Shown here piece by piece: positions 18,953 through 27,868 of a DNA stretch of 39,489 nucleotides; position 1 is the first letter of the stretch, and each line of letters starts with the position of its first letter. This DNA comes from Candidatus Altiarchaeales archaeon. GTDB taxonomy: Archaea > Altiarchaeota > Altiarchaeia > IMC4 > SCGC-AAA252-I15. The position numbers and the translations under genes are program-made. The notes below the pieces were generated by a model. The model saw nothing but the letters and a program-made list of their open reading frames with translations, did not search any database and was not told the origin of the DNA. The DNA lies in assembly GCA_014727915.1 (NCBI GenBank), contig WJMO01000012.1, positions 1 to 39,489 on the forward strand. The letters run 5' to 3'.

Positions 18953-20194
18953 CTAAGGCGATACCGTCATTATCTTACGGGCCTGATCCGGGTATTTGGC
19001 GATGAACTTGACCTCGTCCTCCGTCACCGGCTTCTGAGTGTGGACGTTAGCGTACCTTATCAGCTCCAGAAGGGTTCGGGCTTCTTCGTCGTTCTCGAAC
19101 TTTATCTTGTAGTTGCCCGCCATCGACTTGAATCCCTTGATGCCCGAGTACTCGCCCGTGGTTATCTGCCTGCCGGTGTCGATCTCCTCGATGTGACCCC
19201 GGCCGACCTCCTCGTGGTGGTATAGCTCGTAGTTCCTGTGGTCCTTCAACGCGCCGTCCACGTGTATGCCCGACTCGTGGGCGAAGGCGTTGTTTCCCAC
19301 AGCGACCTGGTTGAACTGCAGCGGTATTCCGAACCCCCGGGCGGCATAGTTCGAGATCTTCCATGACTTCTTCAGGTCTATCCTGCCCGCGAGCCTGTAC
19401 TTGCCTGCGAAGCCGGAGCTCTTCTCCACAGCCAACAGTATCGACACCAGGTCCGCGTTACCCGCTCGCTCGCCTATGCCGTTGACGGTGGTGTTTATGT
19501 AGGCGTTCACTCCAGAGTCCACCGCCGCCTTGGCTCCTGCGATGGAGCATGCGTTCGCCATGCCCAGGTCGTTGTGGCAGTGCACCTCAACGTCCATCCC
19601 CGTCGAAAGCGCGAGCTCGCTTATCCTGTCGTATATGGTGAACGGGTCGTCGTAGCCCAGCGTGTCACAGTACCGTATCCTCGTCGCCCCATGCTCCTTT
19701 GCGTTCTCGGCGAACCTGATGAGGCTCTGCATCTTGGTCCTTGAAGCGTCCTCCGCGTTGACCCCGACGTCCTTGGCTCCCAGCTCATATGCCCTGTCCA
19801 GGGATTTTCCGACGCTGTCCAGTATGTCCCGCCACTTAATCTTGCCCCTGAACTTCCCCTGTATCATCTGACGGGAGGTGCTGATGCTCAGGTTGAGGAA
19901 CCTGGTCTTAGGCACGTAGTTGAAGGCCTTCTCCACGTCCGAGGTTATGGCACGCGCCCACCCGCTCAGCCTTATCCTCTTGAAAGCCCCCATCCTCCTG
20001 AGCTCCAGGTTGGCGTTCAAGTAGTTGGTCTCGTGGCGTGTCGCAGGGAACCCGAACTCGCTCTGCCAGACCCCCATCTTGTCCAGGTAACGGTTTATCA
20101 TCGTCTTCTCAAGCTTCGCCAATCCTATCCTGGACGTCTGCACCCCATCACGGTTAGTTACGTCAATAATGTAAATCCTGTTCATAGCCTTCAA
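18953..20194 (-). CDS. DRE-TIM metallolyase (homocitrate synthase family), probably Re-citrate synthase
   Basis: DVTNRDGVQT, EDASRT, CDTLG, HCHNDLG, GIGERAGNA, HESGIH; no LeuA regulatory domain. Start TTG 20194 or ATG 20185. Confidence 0.85.
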   Translation of the reverse strand: MKAMNRIYIIDVTNRDGVQTSRIGLAKLEKTMINRYLDKMGVWQSEFGFPATRHETNYLNANLELRRMGAFKRIRLSGWARAITSDVEKAFNYVPKTRFLNLSISTSRQMIQGKFRGKIKWRDILDSVGKSLDRAYELGAKDVGVNAEDASRTKMQSLIRFAENAKEHGATRIRYCDTLGYDDPFTIYDRISELALSTGMDVEVHCHNDLGMANACSIAGAKAAVDSGVNAYINTTVNGIGERAGNADLVSILLAVEKSSGFAGKYRLAGRIDLKKSWKISNYAARGFGIPLQFNQVAVGNNAFAHESGIHVDGALKDHRNYELYHHEEVGRGHIEEIDTGRQITTGEYSGIKGFKSMAGNYKIKFENDEEARTLLELIRYANVHTQKPVTEDEVKFIAKYPDQARKIMTVSP

Positions 20195-20207
20195 TGATAT
20201 GCGCAGA

Positions 20208-20918
20208 CTACAATAAAAACCGAAGCTCTCCGAATTCCAGAATCTCCCCGTTTTCCGCGCCGTAGGCTCTGAAGTCGCCGATATCCCCTTGTAGTAGGGG
20301 GCTTAGGAGGCTTTCCTGGAGGATGTCCACGCCTTCTGTGACATAATTCAGCGACGGCAGGACGATCAGGCTTCTGCCTTCCCACTTGCCTGTGAGGAAG
20401 CATTTCACCTTCTCGACGCGCTCGTCCTCACGCAATCCGATGCAGGGGTGCTCGTGGCCCATCACAATGGCCTGGATGCCTTCGATGTCCTCTGGTATGG
20501 CGTGGCCGTGAATGAATAATGTATTGCCAGCTCTCAGCTCTTCCACGACTTCCACGTTCTTCTTCTCCGCGATCGGCCCGAGTATGGTGTCATGGTTTCC
20601 TTTCACCAGCTTCACCTCATAGTCGCCGAGGAAGTCCAGGAACCTCAACACCTCACGCCACTCCTGGCTGCTGATCCTCCCGAACTCGTGCTTCAAATCC
20701 CCGTTGACCACCACTGTCTCCGGTCTTGTCGAATCCAACACCTCACCGAGGTGCCTGACCACGTCCTGGTATTGGAAGTGGGGTATCATCACCCCCTTCT
20801 TGTTCAGCTCCTCCTCATAGCCGAGGTGGGTGTCGCCGAACGCCAGCAACCCCTCACCCGGCATGTGAAGGCACAAGCCGACGGCGTTGAAACCCGGCAA
20901 CAGCTCTAGGCAGTCCAT
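20208..20918 (-). CDS. Calcineurin-like metallophosphoesterase (Lhr-associated MPE type)
   Basis: GDTHLG, NGDLKH, KGNHD, HGH, GHEHP. Confidence 0.9.
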   Translation of the reverse strand: MDCLELLPGFNAVGLCLHMPGEGLLAFGDTHLGYEEELNKKGVMIPHFQYQDVVRHLGEVLDSTRPETVVVNGDLKHEFGRISSQEWREVLRFLDFLGDYEVKLVKGNHDTILGPIAEKKNVEVVEELRAGNTLFIHGHAIPEDIEGIQAIVMGHEHPCIGLREDERVEKVKCFLTGKWEGRSLIVLPSLNYVTEGVDILQESLLSPLLQGDIGDFRAYGAENGEILEFGELRFLL

Positions 20919-21052
20919 GTCAGGATATAACTAAAACACCCCCAGTTATAACATGCCAGGGCCGAAGCAGAGCAGCATCAACGCCTCGAAAAAACCCCGT
21001 TCCCGCCTATTCAGAGACGAAATATAGTAAAACGCAAGCGTCCTGGATGCAA

Positions 21053-23617
21053 CTATCTGATCCTCTCCAGCAGGGCCTCGTGCATCCTGCGTATGAACTC
21101 CAGCCGGTCCTCGGTTCGCATCACGTCCATGTACCCCCTGCCGATGAGGTTAAGGGCGAAGGGGGTCGGTATGTCTGTGCTGATCTCCCTGACCTCGATC
21201 TCTCCCCCGGCAATCTTTGACAATACTTCCGTCGCGTTCTCCACATCCATCAAGTCCTCCAAAACCTCACGGCGGGCCTCCTCGAGGATGGGGAAGTGGG
21301 GGTCCAGCTTTCTCACGAAGTTAAGGAGTATCTTGCTCCCCAGCTGCTGCCGTCCCACGGACTTGCTCCTTCCCTTGTAGTTGCGCAGCATCATCAGAGA
21401 CCTCGTGGCGCAGTGGCGGAACCTCCGCAGCAGCACCTCGGTCTTGTCTATTGCTTCAACCAGCACGCTCCTCAACCCCGCGGGGGTCAATGTTTTGAAC
21501 GCGTTAGCGGCCTGGACCTTCCCCTTGACCGTGAGGTAGAAGCCGTTGTCCGACAGGCTTATGGCCACGTTCTTCCGCTCCTTCCTGGCGATGGCGTAAG
21601 CCACAGCCCGTGACAGGGCGTCGTTCACCCGCCGCCCGAAGAGGCTGTGGAACACGATATACCTCTTCTTGAACGCCTGATTGTACTCTATGACTATCCT
21701 GCCGTCGTGTGGTATCATCGCATACCTGTGCTGCTCCCAGAAGTACTGGTATATGCTCTCCACCGCGTTCTCGTCCGCGTACAGGTAGCTCCGAAGCCAC
21801 TCCTTCACATCCTCCTTGGGCTTGTCCATCCGCTCCTCCATAAGCCGCCTGAAGCGCTGTATCTCCAGGGACAGCCCGTAGCTGAGGGGAAGGCTCTCGC
21901 TCACCCATGAGGGCACTGTCGGCGGACCCGCGTCCGGCGTCACCTGGCAGGTCATCCCCCTGCAGTACCTGAACTTGTAGATCTTACCCCCCAAGACGAA
22001 TATGTCGCCCTTGCTCAGCCGCTCCAGGAACGGCTCGTCCAACTTGCCCACCTTATGCTCGCCCACCTTCACGGTCACGAAAGACTCCTCAGGGATGGTT
22101 CCAAGGTTGGTGCTGTAGATGACCCGCGCCAGCTTACCCCTCTTACCCATTATCCTGGTCTCATCATCCACCCAGATCTTGGCGTATACGCTCCGCTGCT
22201 CCAACTCCACATAATCCCCCCGTAGGTACTGCATTACCGAGTCGAAATCCTCCCTTCTGAGGTTCCGGTAGCAGTAGCTGCGCCGCACCATCTCGTAGAC
22301 GTTGTCAACGTGCTCCCTGTTCGCGATGGCGATGCCGTATATCTGCTGTGAGAGCACGTCCAGGCAGTTCTCCGGGATGTGGATATCGTCGATCCTGCCC
22401 TCCACTGCGTTCTTCAGCAATACGCTGCACTCCACGAGGTCGTCCCGGTCCAACACGATGATCCGGCCCTTCGCCTTCTCGTGCAGCTGGTGTCCCGACC
22501 GCCCGATCCTCTGCAGGGCGCGGGCGACGCTCTTCGGCGAGCCCAACAGCACCACCAGGTCTATGTATCCGATGTCGATGCCCAGCTCCAGGCTGGTCGA
22601 TGATACTACAACCTTCAACTCGCCCTTCTTAAGGCGTTCCTCTATGTCCAGCCGGTGCTCGGCGGAGAGGCTGCTATGGTGCGCGCCGATGTTCTCCATG
22701 TACCTGCCCGGGTACCTGGTCTTCAGGTGGCTCACCACCCTCTCGGTGCCGCTGCGGGTGTTGGTGAAAACCAACGTCGTCTTATGCTCTTGTATAAGAT
22801 CATCCAGCAGCTTGTAGAGTGAGTTGCTCATCTCGTCCTGGCTGGCTGCGATGATGTTCTTAACGGGGCTCAACACCTTTATGTCCAACTCTTTGATGTA
22901 TCGGACGTCAACGACCCTGCAGTCCCTGGGCTTGCCCCCTTCGTAGCCGACCACGTACTCGGCCACCTTCTCCAGTGGGTGTATGGTGGCGGACAGCCCG
23001 ATCCTGGTGAACCTGCCCGCGTGGTTCTGAAGGCGTTCGATGCTCAAACTAAGGTCGACGCCACGCTTGTTCTCGGCAAGCGCGTGCACCTCGTCCAGTA
23101 TCATCCATTTCACGTCCTTCAGCTTCAGGCTGAACTTTGGCGAGGTCAGCATGAGCGCCAGGCTCTCCGGAGTGGTGATGAGGATGTGCGGCGGCTTCCT
23201 CAGCATGGCAGCCCGCTTGCTAGTCGGAGTGTCACCTGTCCTCACCATGGCGCGTATCCCGAGCTCCTTGCCGTGCAGCTCCTCCAACTCGGCGAGCGGC
23301 TCCTCGAGGTTCCGGTGTATGTCGTTGTTCAAAGCCTTCAACGGCGACACATACAGGCAGTAGACCTTCTCCTCCAGGTCCCCGATCAGCGACTTTTCGA
23401 TCAGCTTGTTCAGCACGCTCATGAACGCCGTCAGCGTCTTCCCGCTGCCTGTGGGCGCGGAAACCAGCGTGTTCTTCCCGTGCATTATGTTGGGGATCGC
23501 ATACAATTGTGGAGGGGCGAAGTCACCGTATTTGCCGTTGAACCACTCCCGGACCAGCGGGTGCAGTTCCCTGAGTATCTCCTCCTTCCGGTATGGCTCC
23601 TCCTGGACTTCGATCAT
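21053..23617 (-). CDS. lhr: Lhr-core SF2 ATP-dependent helicase
   Basis: [52 protein letters not shown]. Start placed at ATG 23617, with TTTAAT ~26 nt upstream. Confidence 0.93.
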   Translation of the reverse strand: MIEVQEEPYRKEEILRELHPLVREWFNGKYGDFAPPQLYAIPNIMHGKNTLVSAPTGSGKTLTAFMSVLNKLIEKSLIGDLEEKVYCLYVSPLKALNNDIHRNLEEPLAELEELHGKELGIRAMVRTGDTPTSKRAAMLRKPPHILITTPESLALMLTSPKFSLKLKDVKWMILDEVHALAENKRGVDLSLSIERLQNHAGRFTRIGLSATIHPLEKVAEYVVGYEGGKPRDCRVVDVRYIKELDIKVLSPVKNIIAASQDEMSNSLYKLLDDLIQEHKTTLVFTNTRSGTERVVSHLKTRYPGRYMENIGAHHSSLSAEHRLDIEERLKKGELKVVVSSTSLELGIDIGYIDLVVLLGSPKSVARALQRIGRSGHQLHEKAKGRIIVLDRDDLVECSVLLKNAVEGRIDDIHIPENCLDVLSQQIYGIAIANREHVDNVYEMVRRSYCYRNLRREDFDSVMQYLRGDYVELEQRSVYAKIWVDDETRIMGKRGKLARVIYSTNLGTIPEESFVTVKVGEHKVGKLDEPFLERLSKGDIFVLGGKIYKFRYCRGMTCQVTPDAGPPTVPSWVSESLPLSYGLSLEIQRFRRLMEERMDKPKEDVKEWLRSYLYADENAVESIYQYFWEQHRYAMIPHDGRIVIEYNQAFKKRYIVFHSLFGRRVNDALSRAVAYAIARKERKNVAISLSDNGFYLTVKGKVQAANAFKTLTPAGLRSVLVEAIDKTEVLLRRFRHCATRSLMMLRNYKGRSKSVGRQQLGSKILLNFVRKLDPHFPILEEARREVLEDLMDVENATEVLSKIAGGEIEVREISTDIPTPFALNLIGRGYMDVMRTEDRLEFIRRMHEALLERIR

Positions 23618-23741
23618 GGCACATATTAAAGGAGCCCATCCAATTAAACCCTTGTGATTACCTAAAAGAAACCAATGCCTGCAGCTAGTGTCAACCATTA
23701 TTAGGTCCTAGACCCTTAAATACCTTCCTGAAACGGCTCAA

Positions 23742-23749
23742 CTTAAATA
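23742..23749 (+). promoter_or_regulatory. TATA box CTTAAATA upstream of the candidate ncRNA (second copy at 23715-23722)
   Basis: Archaeal TTWAWA-type box 21 nt before the first base of the paired element; no long + strand protein gene follows. Confidence 0.5.
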
Positions 23750-23770
23750 GATGGACCGGCATACATTAAC

Positions 23771-23891
23771 TGAGGGGCTTCGGTTCGGCCGTCAACAATA
23801 ATTAACTTTGTCTGTGACCGCCCCCGACACGAGGTACGGGGATACGGCGGGACAGACGTGTGATGTAAAACGCATGAACCCGCCCCTCACA
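23771..23891 (+). ncRNA. Candidate structured non-coding RNA of unknown family
   Basis: GC-rich island in an AT-richer intergenic region with nested pairings: TGAGGGGC/GCCCCTCA, GGTTC/GAACC, GTCTGT/ACAGAC, CCGCC/GGCGG, CCCG/CGGG. Confidence 0.55.
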
Positions 23892-23962
23892 ACCCTAACC
23901 AAAAGCATCCACGTGTTCCTTTGTGTCTCAACAGCTTTTCTAAGGATAGCTAAGCATTCCTT

Positions 23963-24787
23963 TCATCCCGGTTTTCCCTCTCCTTTGAAGACCTCATCGC
24001 TTGCGTCCCTGTTCCGGTCTATCATCCCCTTCTTGGATACGAACGCGTGCCTCAGGTTGAGTATGCCCTTCTCGTACTCGTAGGGCTCCTGGTCCTCGAA
24101 TATGAAGGGCGTGTCCTGCAGTTCGGGGATGCTCATGAAAGCAGGCGTCAAAGTCCTTATGCTGATCTCCCCGAAACCGGGGAGCATGTGGGCGTCCTGG
24201 TCCTGGAACGTATCCACCATGTGGACCACGCCGATGTGCTCGGAAATGGATTCGATTGTGTCCGCGAGCGCCCTGACGTCCTTGCTCCACATGTAATAGT
24301 GGCTGGTGTCAAAGCAGAGCTTCGCGCCGTCGACTTCCTCCACGAACTCCAGGATGTCATGCTTGTCCCTCAGATGCGCCTCAGGTTCGGTTATGTTCTC
24401 GAAACAGGCCAGCATCCCGTAGTCGGCGGTCATGTCAACCAGCTCCCTGCTATGCTTTATCATCATATCCTTCTTGTCCCGGGTGCTGGAGTGGAAGACT
24501 ATCCTGTCGCTGTTCAACTCCGCAGCGTATTCGATGCTCTTCCTGAACAGCTCATGACCCCTCTTCGTTCCCAGGTCCGCCATCTCACCCCTGGTGGGGA
24601 ACGGGGCGTGTACGCTGAAGTCCGCTCCGAAATAGCTCTGAAGCTCCACCAACTCCCTCAGATCCTCATTTGTCACCTCAGGGTATATGGGGGAGATGTG
24701 GACATGGTCGCTGTAGCGGAGGCACATCCTCACAGCGTCCACGACGTCCAGGTCAGAGTATGCGTAGGTGGCAAGCCCGATCCTCAT
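23963..24787 (-). CDS. Xylose-isomerase-like TIM barrel (sugar phosphate isomerase/epimerase / AP endonuclease 2 family)
   Basis: SVHAPF, IVFH, CFENI, CFDTSH, VHMVD, DAHMLPGFGEI, IFE. Confidence 0.85.
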   Translation of the reverse strand: MRIGLATYAYSDLDVVDAVRMCLRYSDHVHISPIYPEVTNEDLRELVELQSYFGADFSVHAPFPTRGEMADLGTKRGHELFRKSIEYAAELNSDRIVFHSSTRDKKDMMIKHSRELVDMTADYGMLACFENITEPEAHLRDKHDILEFVEEVDGAKLCFDTSHYYMWSKDVRALADTIESISEHIGVVHMVDTFQDQDAHMLPGFGEISIRTLTPAFMSIPELQDTPFIFEDQEPYEYEKGILNLRHAFVSKKGMIDRNRDASDEVFKGEGKPG

Positions 24788-24812
24788 ATGAATAGATTGG
24801 CGATAGTCCTTT

Positions 24813-25829
24813 TTATCTTGCCCTCACCCCTTCAACCAGTTCCCTGACAGCGCTGCTGTTGGCGTACAACACGGTTGTAAGCCGCAGTTTCTCATCTTCC
24901 ACGTCCAAGGGCGTCTTGAAAGGCCGGTGGGACAGGACCTGCACCCCCGCAAACGAGTAGCTTCCGTCCTTGTTCCTCTTGAATATGGGGTTCCCGTTCT
25001 GGCCTTCGACAGCCGCGACTAACGTCGACATGCCATGGGCCTCAGGCCTGTAATGTACGGGCGTTCCCTCGGGGGAGATGCTGTCAACCCGCTCTACATT
25101 GTATTCAATGGTGGTTCCCTGCTCTTCAACGGAGCCCTTACCAGCAGGCAATGCGGAGTTCCCACCCAATGCTCCCACACCTTCTGCTGGCATGAGCCTG
25201 CACTTGCCGCCCCTGCAAACGAGCCTCATCCCCGTGGATATCTCGAACCTGGACACGGGAGTGCCGCTCTCCAATGGCTTGGCTGCCAGGCTAAACGCTG
25301 CCGAATCCCTCAAGGCACGACTCCACTTACTGTCTGCCGCCCTGGCCAACGCCACTCCGGTCTTCGGGTTTGAGGCGATGACTTCGATGCTGCTGGACCC
25401 CAGCTGATGCTTCAGGGTCTCCTCCCTGGGGGCTATCTGGACCGAATTCAAACCCCTGCCCTCCAGCACATGCGCCGCAGTGAGGAACAGGCCCCCTCCG
25501 ACGTTAACTGCCTTGCCAGCCGACACCCTGGTATCCCGCCCGGCTATGTTCGCGGTTCCCGTTATCTCGAACACGGACTTGAGTGCGTCATCCCTGCTTA
25601 CACTCGCCATGTGATCTGGGTCGAGGAATTCGGCCAAAACCTTCCCCGTGACATCAGCTTCCCTGCCTGCCTCTTTGGGTTCGGGGGTCCTGGAGCCGTC
25701 CGGGGGCTTCTCTGCGAGCGCTTCAACACCAGCCAACCCGGCGCTGGCAGCTGCGACCGACTCCAGGAACTGGCGTCTCGTGACCTTCATGGTAAATACT
25801 GGGGAAGAAACATCTAATAACCCGCTCAC
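24813..25829 (-). CDS. Trypsin-like serine protease-fold protein with twin-arginine signal, catalytic triad degenerate
   Basis: TRRQFL + hydrophobic segment, FLTAAHVL, TGVALAR, GQNGNPIF. Start GTG 25829 (overlaps the htpX stop) or ATG 25790. Confidence 0.65.
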   Translation of the reverse strand: MSGLLDVSSPVFTMKVTRRQFLESVAAASAGLAGVEALAEKPPDGSRTPEPKEAGREADVTGKVLAEFLDPDHMASVSRDDALKSVFEITGTANIAGRDTRVSAGKAVNVGGGLFLTAAHVLEGRGLNSVQIAPREETLKHQLGSSSIEVIASNPKTGVALARAADSKWSRALRDSAAFSLAAKPLESGTPVSRFEISTGMRLVCRGGKCRLMPAEGVGALGGNSALPAGKGSVEEQGTTIEYNVERVDSISPEGTPVHYRPEAHGMSTLVAAVEGQNGNPIFKRNKDGSYSFAGVQVLSHRPFKTPLDVEDEKLRLTTVLYANSSAVRELVEGVRAR

Positions 25830-26761
25830 ATGGCCTGCAAGGCCTTTATCCTGTCTGCGATTGGCGGGTGAGTCTGGAAGAGGCTTGTGATTCTGTGTTT
25901 GGTCGGGTCCGCGAGGAACATGGGCGCGACCGCAGCGCTGACCTCGCTGTGCTTCCTGGGCTGCGCATAGTCTGCCTCGATCTTCTTCAGCGCGGATATC
26001 ATGCCCTCAGGGTAGCGTGTGAGCTCCACTGCTCCGCCGTCGGCCATGTACTCCCGCTTCCGTGATATGGCCAGCTGCACCAGCTTGACTATCAGCGGTG
26101 CTACGATTGCCAACACGATCCCCAAGAGCAGGAACACTACGTTACCTCCTCCGCCTCCGCGGCGCCGGCCTCCGCCGAACATGCTCCCATACCAGAGGCT
26201 CCTCAGGAACATCTGGCTTATGATGGACACGAGCCCGACCATCACAGCAACCAATGTGACGAACCTTATGTCGTAGTTGCGGATGTGGGTCATCTCGTGG
26301 GCTATGACGCTCTGCAGTTCCTGCCGGTTCAGTTTCATCAGGCAGCCTTCGGTGACGCAGACCACGCTGTGCTCTGGGTCGCGGCCTGTGGCGAAGGCGT
26401 TGATGTCCTGGGTGGGCATCACATACACCCTTGGCTTGGGCATGCCCCCGGCTATGGCCATCTCCTCTATGATATGGTGTAGTTGGGAGAAGTTGGGGTG
26501 GTTGGGGTCCGCCTCATATGCGTTCACGCTCTTCAACGCGACCTTGTCGCTGTTGTAGTATGTGTAGAGTATGTAGGCTATGTTGAAAACGGACGCGAAC
26601 ATGAGGAAGATGAACATGACTCCCACGTTCCAGTTGTAGGCTATGATCCCCCCTATAGCCAACGTCAGGAAACCCAGTGTCACCATTACCACGAACACGA
26701 GTATCCAGCTGTTCCTCTTGTTGCTGTCTATCTGGTCGTAGAAGCTCTTCCGGTCCGCCAT
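25826..26761 (-). CDS. htpX: HtpX family (M48) membrane Zn metalloprotease
   Basis: INAFATG, AHEMTHIRNYD (HExxH), SRKREYMAD, THPP...RI. Confidence 0.93.
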   Translation of the reverse strand: MADRKSFYDQIDSNKRNSWILVFVVMVTLGFLTLAIGGIIAYNWNVGVMFIFLMFASVFNIAYILYTYYNSDKVALKSVNAYEADPNHPNFSQLHHIIEEMAIAGGMPKPRVYVMPTQDINAFATGRDPEHSVVCVTEGCLMKLNRQELQSVIAHEMTHIRNYDIRFVTLVAVMVGLVSIISQMFLRSLWYGSMFGGGRRRGGGGGNVVFLLLGIVLAIVAPLIVKLVQLAISRKREYMADGGAVELTRYPEGMISALKKIEADYAQPRKHSEVSAAVAPMFLADPTKHRITSLFQTHPPIADRIKALQAM

Positions 26762-26769
26762 CTTACACA

Positions 26770-27345
26770 CTACTTTTTGAAGTCCACATTGGGCACTTCA
26801 CGGGCTGCCTCCTCGACCTCGAAGTAGTCCCGGTCGACGAAGTGGAACATCCCCGCTATTATGTTGTTGGGGAACGTCTGCCTTGACGTGTCGTATTTCA
26901 TGACGCTGTCGTTGTAGAACTGCCTCGCATAGGAGATCTTGTTCTCGGTCGTCGTAAGCTCCTCCTGCAGTTGCATGAAGTTCTGGTTGGCCTTCAGGTC
27001 AGGGTAGTTCTCGACCACCGCGAACAGGCTCTTCAAAGCCCCGGTGAGCATGTTATTGGCTGAAGCCTTCTCTTTGACTGTCTGGGCGTTGGCCATGGCA
27101 GCCCTCGCCTCGGTTATCCTCGTGAAAGTCTCCTGCTCATGGGCGGCATAGCCCTTCACGGTCTCCACTAGATTGGGTATGAGGTCGTTCCTCCTCTTCA
27201 ACTGCACGTCTATCTGGCTCCACGCGTTCTCGCATCTGTTCCTCAGCGTTACGAGGCTGTTGTATGTCATTATGACAACAGCCAATACTATGAATCCTAA
27301 TCCTCCCAAAACCAGCAAACCCAAAACCACTAAACCTCCAAGCAT
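26770..27345 (-). CDS. lemA: LemA family protein
   Basis: N-terminal [47 protein letters not shown] lies 5 nt before ATG 27345. Confidence 0.95.
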   Translation of the reverse strand: MLGGLVVLGLLVLGGLGFIVLAVVIMTYNSLVTLRNRCENAWSQIDVQLKRRNDLIPNLVETVKGYAAHEQETFTRITEARAAMANAQTVKEKASANNMLTGALKSLFAVVENYPDLKANQNFMQLQEELTTTENKISYARQFYNDSVMKYDTSRQTFPNNIIAGMFHFVDRDYFEVEEAAREVPNVDFKK

Positions 27346-27391
27346 TACTATCACCTGTTCACATATACTACTTCCCCCTTTTTAAGTCTTC

Positions 27392-27868
27392 TCACGGCTC
27401 GGTCGGGGTTATGCTTATCTGCCAGTGCTCCGCCCTGACTATCCTACTTTCAGGTTTGAACAGCAGGTCCTGCCTGTCCGGGTCTGGCGGGTATATGGAG
27501 ACATTGGAGTCCTTCTCCGCCTTGGAGAGCCTTTTCAACTCCATGGGCCCCTGCATGTCGGACTTGTCAACCGGCTCCACCACCACGGTCCTCTCCCTTC
27601 CACCGGCTTTGAGCTTCAACGTTAGACCAATGCTATCGTTATCTTCTCTGATATCAGCATCCAAGAGGGTCCCTTCCATGAGGGGGTGGACTGGTTCCTG
27701 TTTTTCTCCCCTCGGCCAGAGAGCCACGGTGCCTGCGATCCCACCTGCGAACACTGCGGCCTTGGCGACTTTTTGAAGCGCCCTCCTCCTGCCCATCCTC
27801 CTGGGTATCAGTTCATCCGGGATTTGTTCAGGCTTCCTTACTTCACGCGTTTCCTTCTGTTTTGTCAT
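27392..27868 (-). CDS. Hypothetical protein with twin-arginine-like motif and single TM/signal segment
   Basis: MGRRRALQKVAKAAVFAGGIAGTVALWP; its ATG overlaps the DUF2207 stop (ATGA). Confidence 0.65.
   Translation of the reverse strand: MTKQKETREVRKPEQIPDELIPRRMGRRRALQKVAKAAVFAGGIAGTVALWPRGEKQEPVHPLMEGTLLDADIREDNDSIGLTLKLKAGGRERTVVVEPVDKSDMQGPMELKRLSKAEKDSNVSIYPPDPDRQDLLFKPESRIVRAEHWQISITPTEP

Noticed and set aside
20950-20985. CCAGG-N10-AGCAGC resembling SRP RNA helix 8
   Set aside because: The spacing fits, but the intervening bases (GCC GAAG CAG) do not form the 3-bp stem with a GNRA loop, and I found no flanking helices.
23751-23801. 16-codon ORF MDRHTLTEGLRFGRQQ
   Set aside because: Too short to support, and its ATG abuts the TATA box; it cannot be fully excluded given the second TATA at 23715.
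23808-24083. 91-aa + strand ORF across the candidate RNA
   Set aside because: TTG start, no motif, and the second half is antisense to the TIM-barrel gene.
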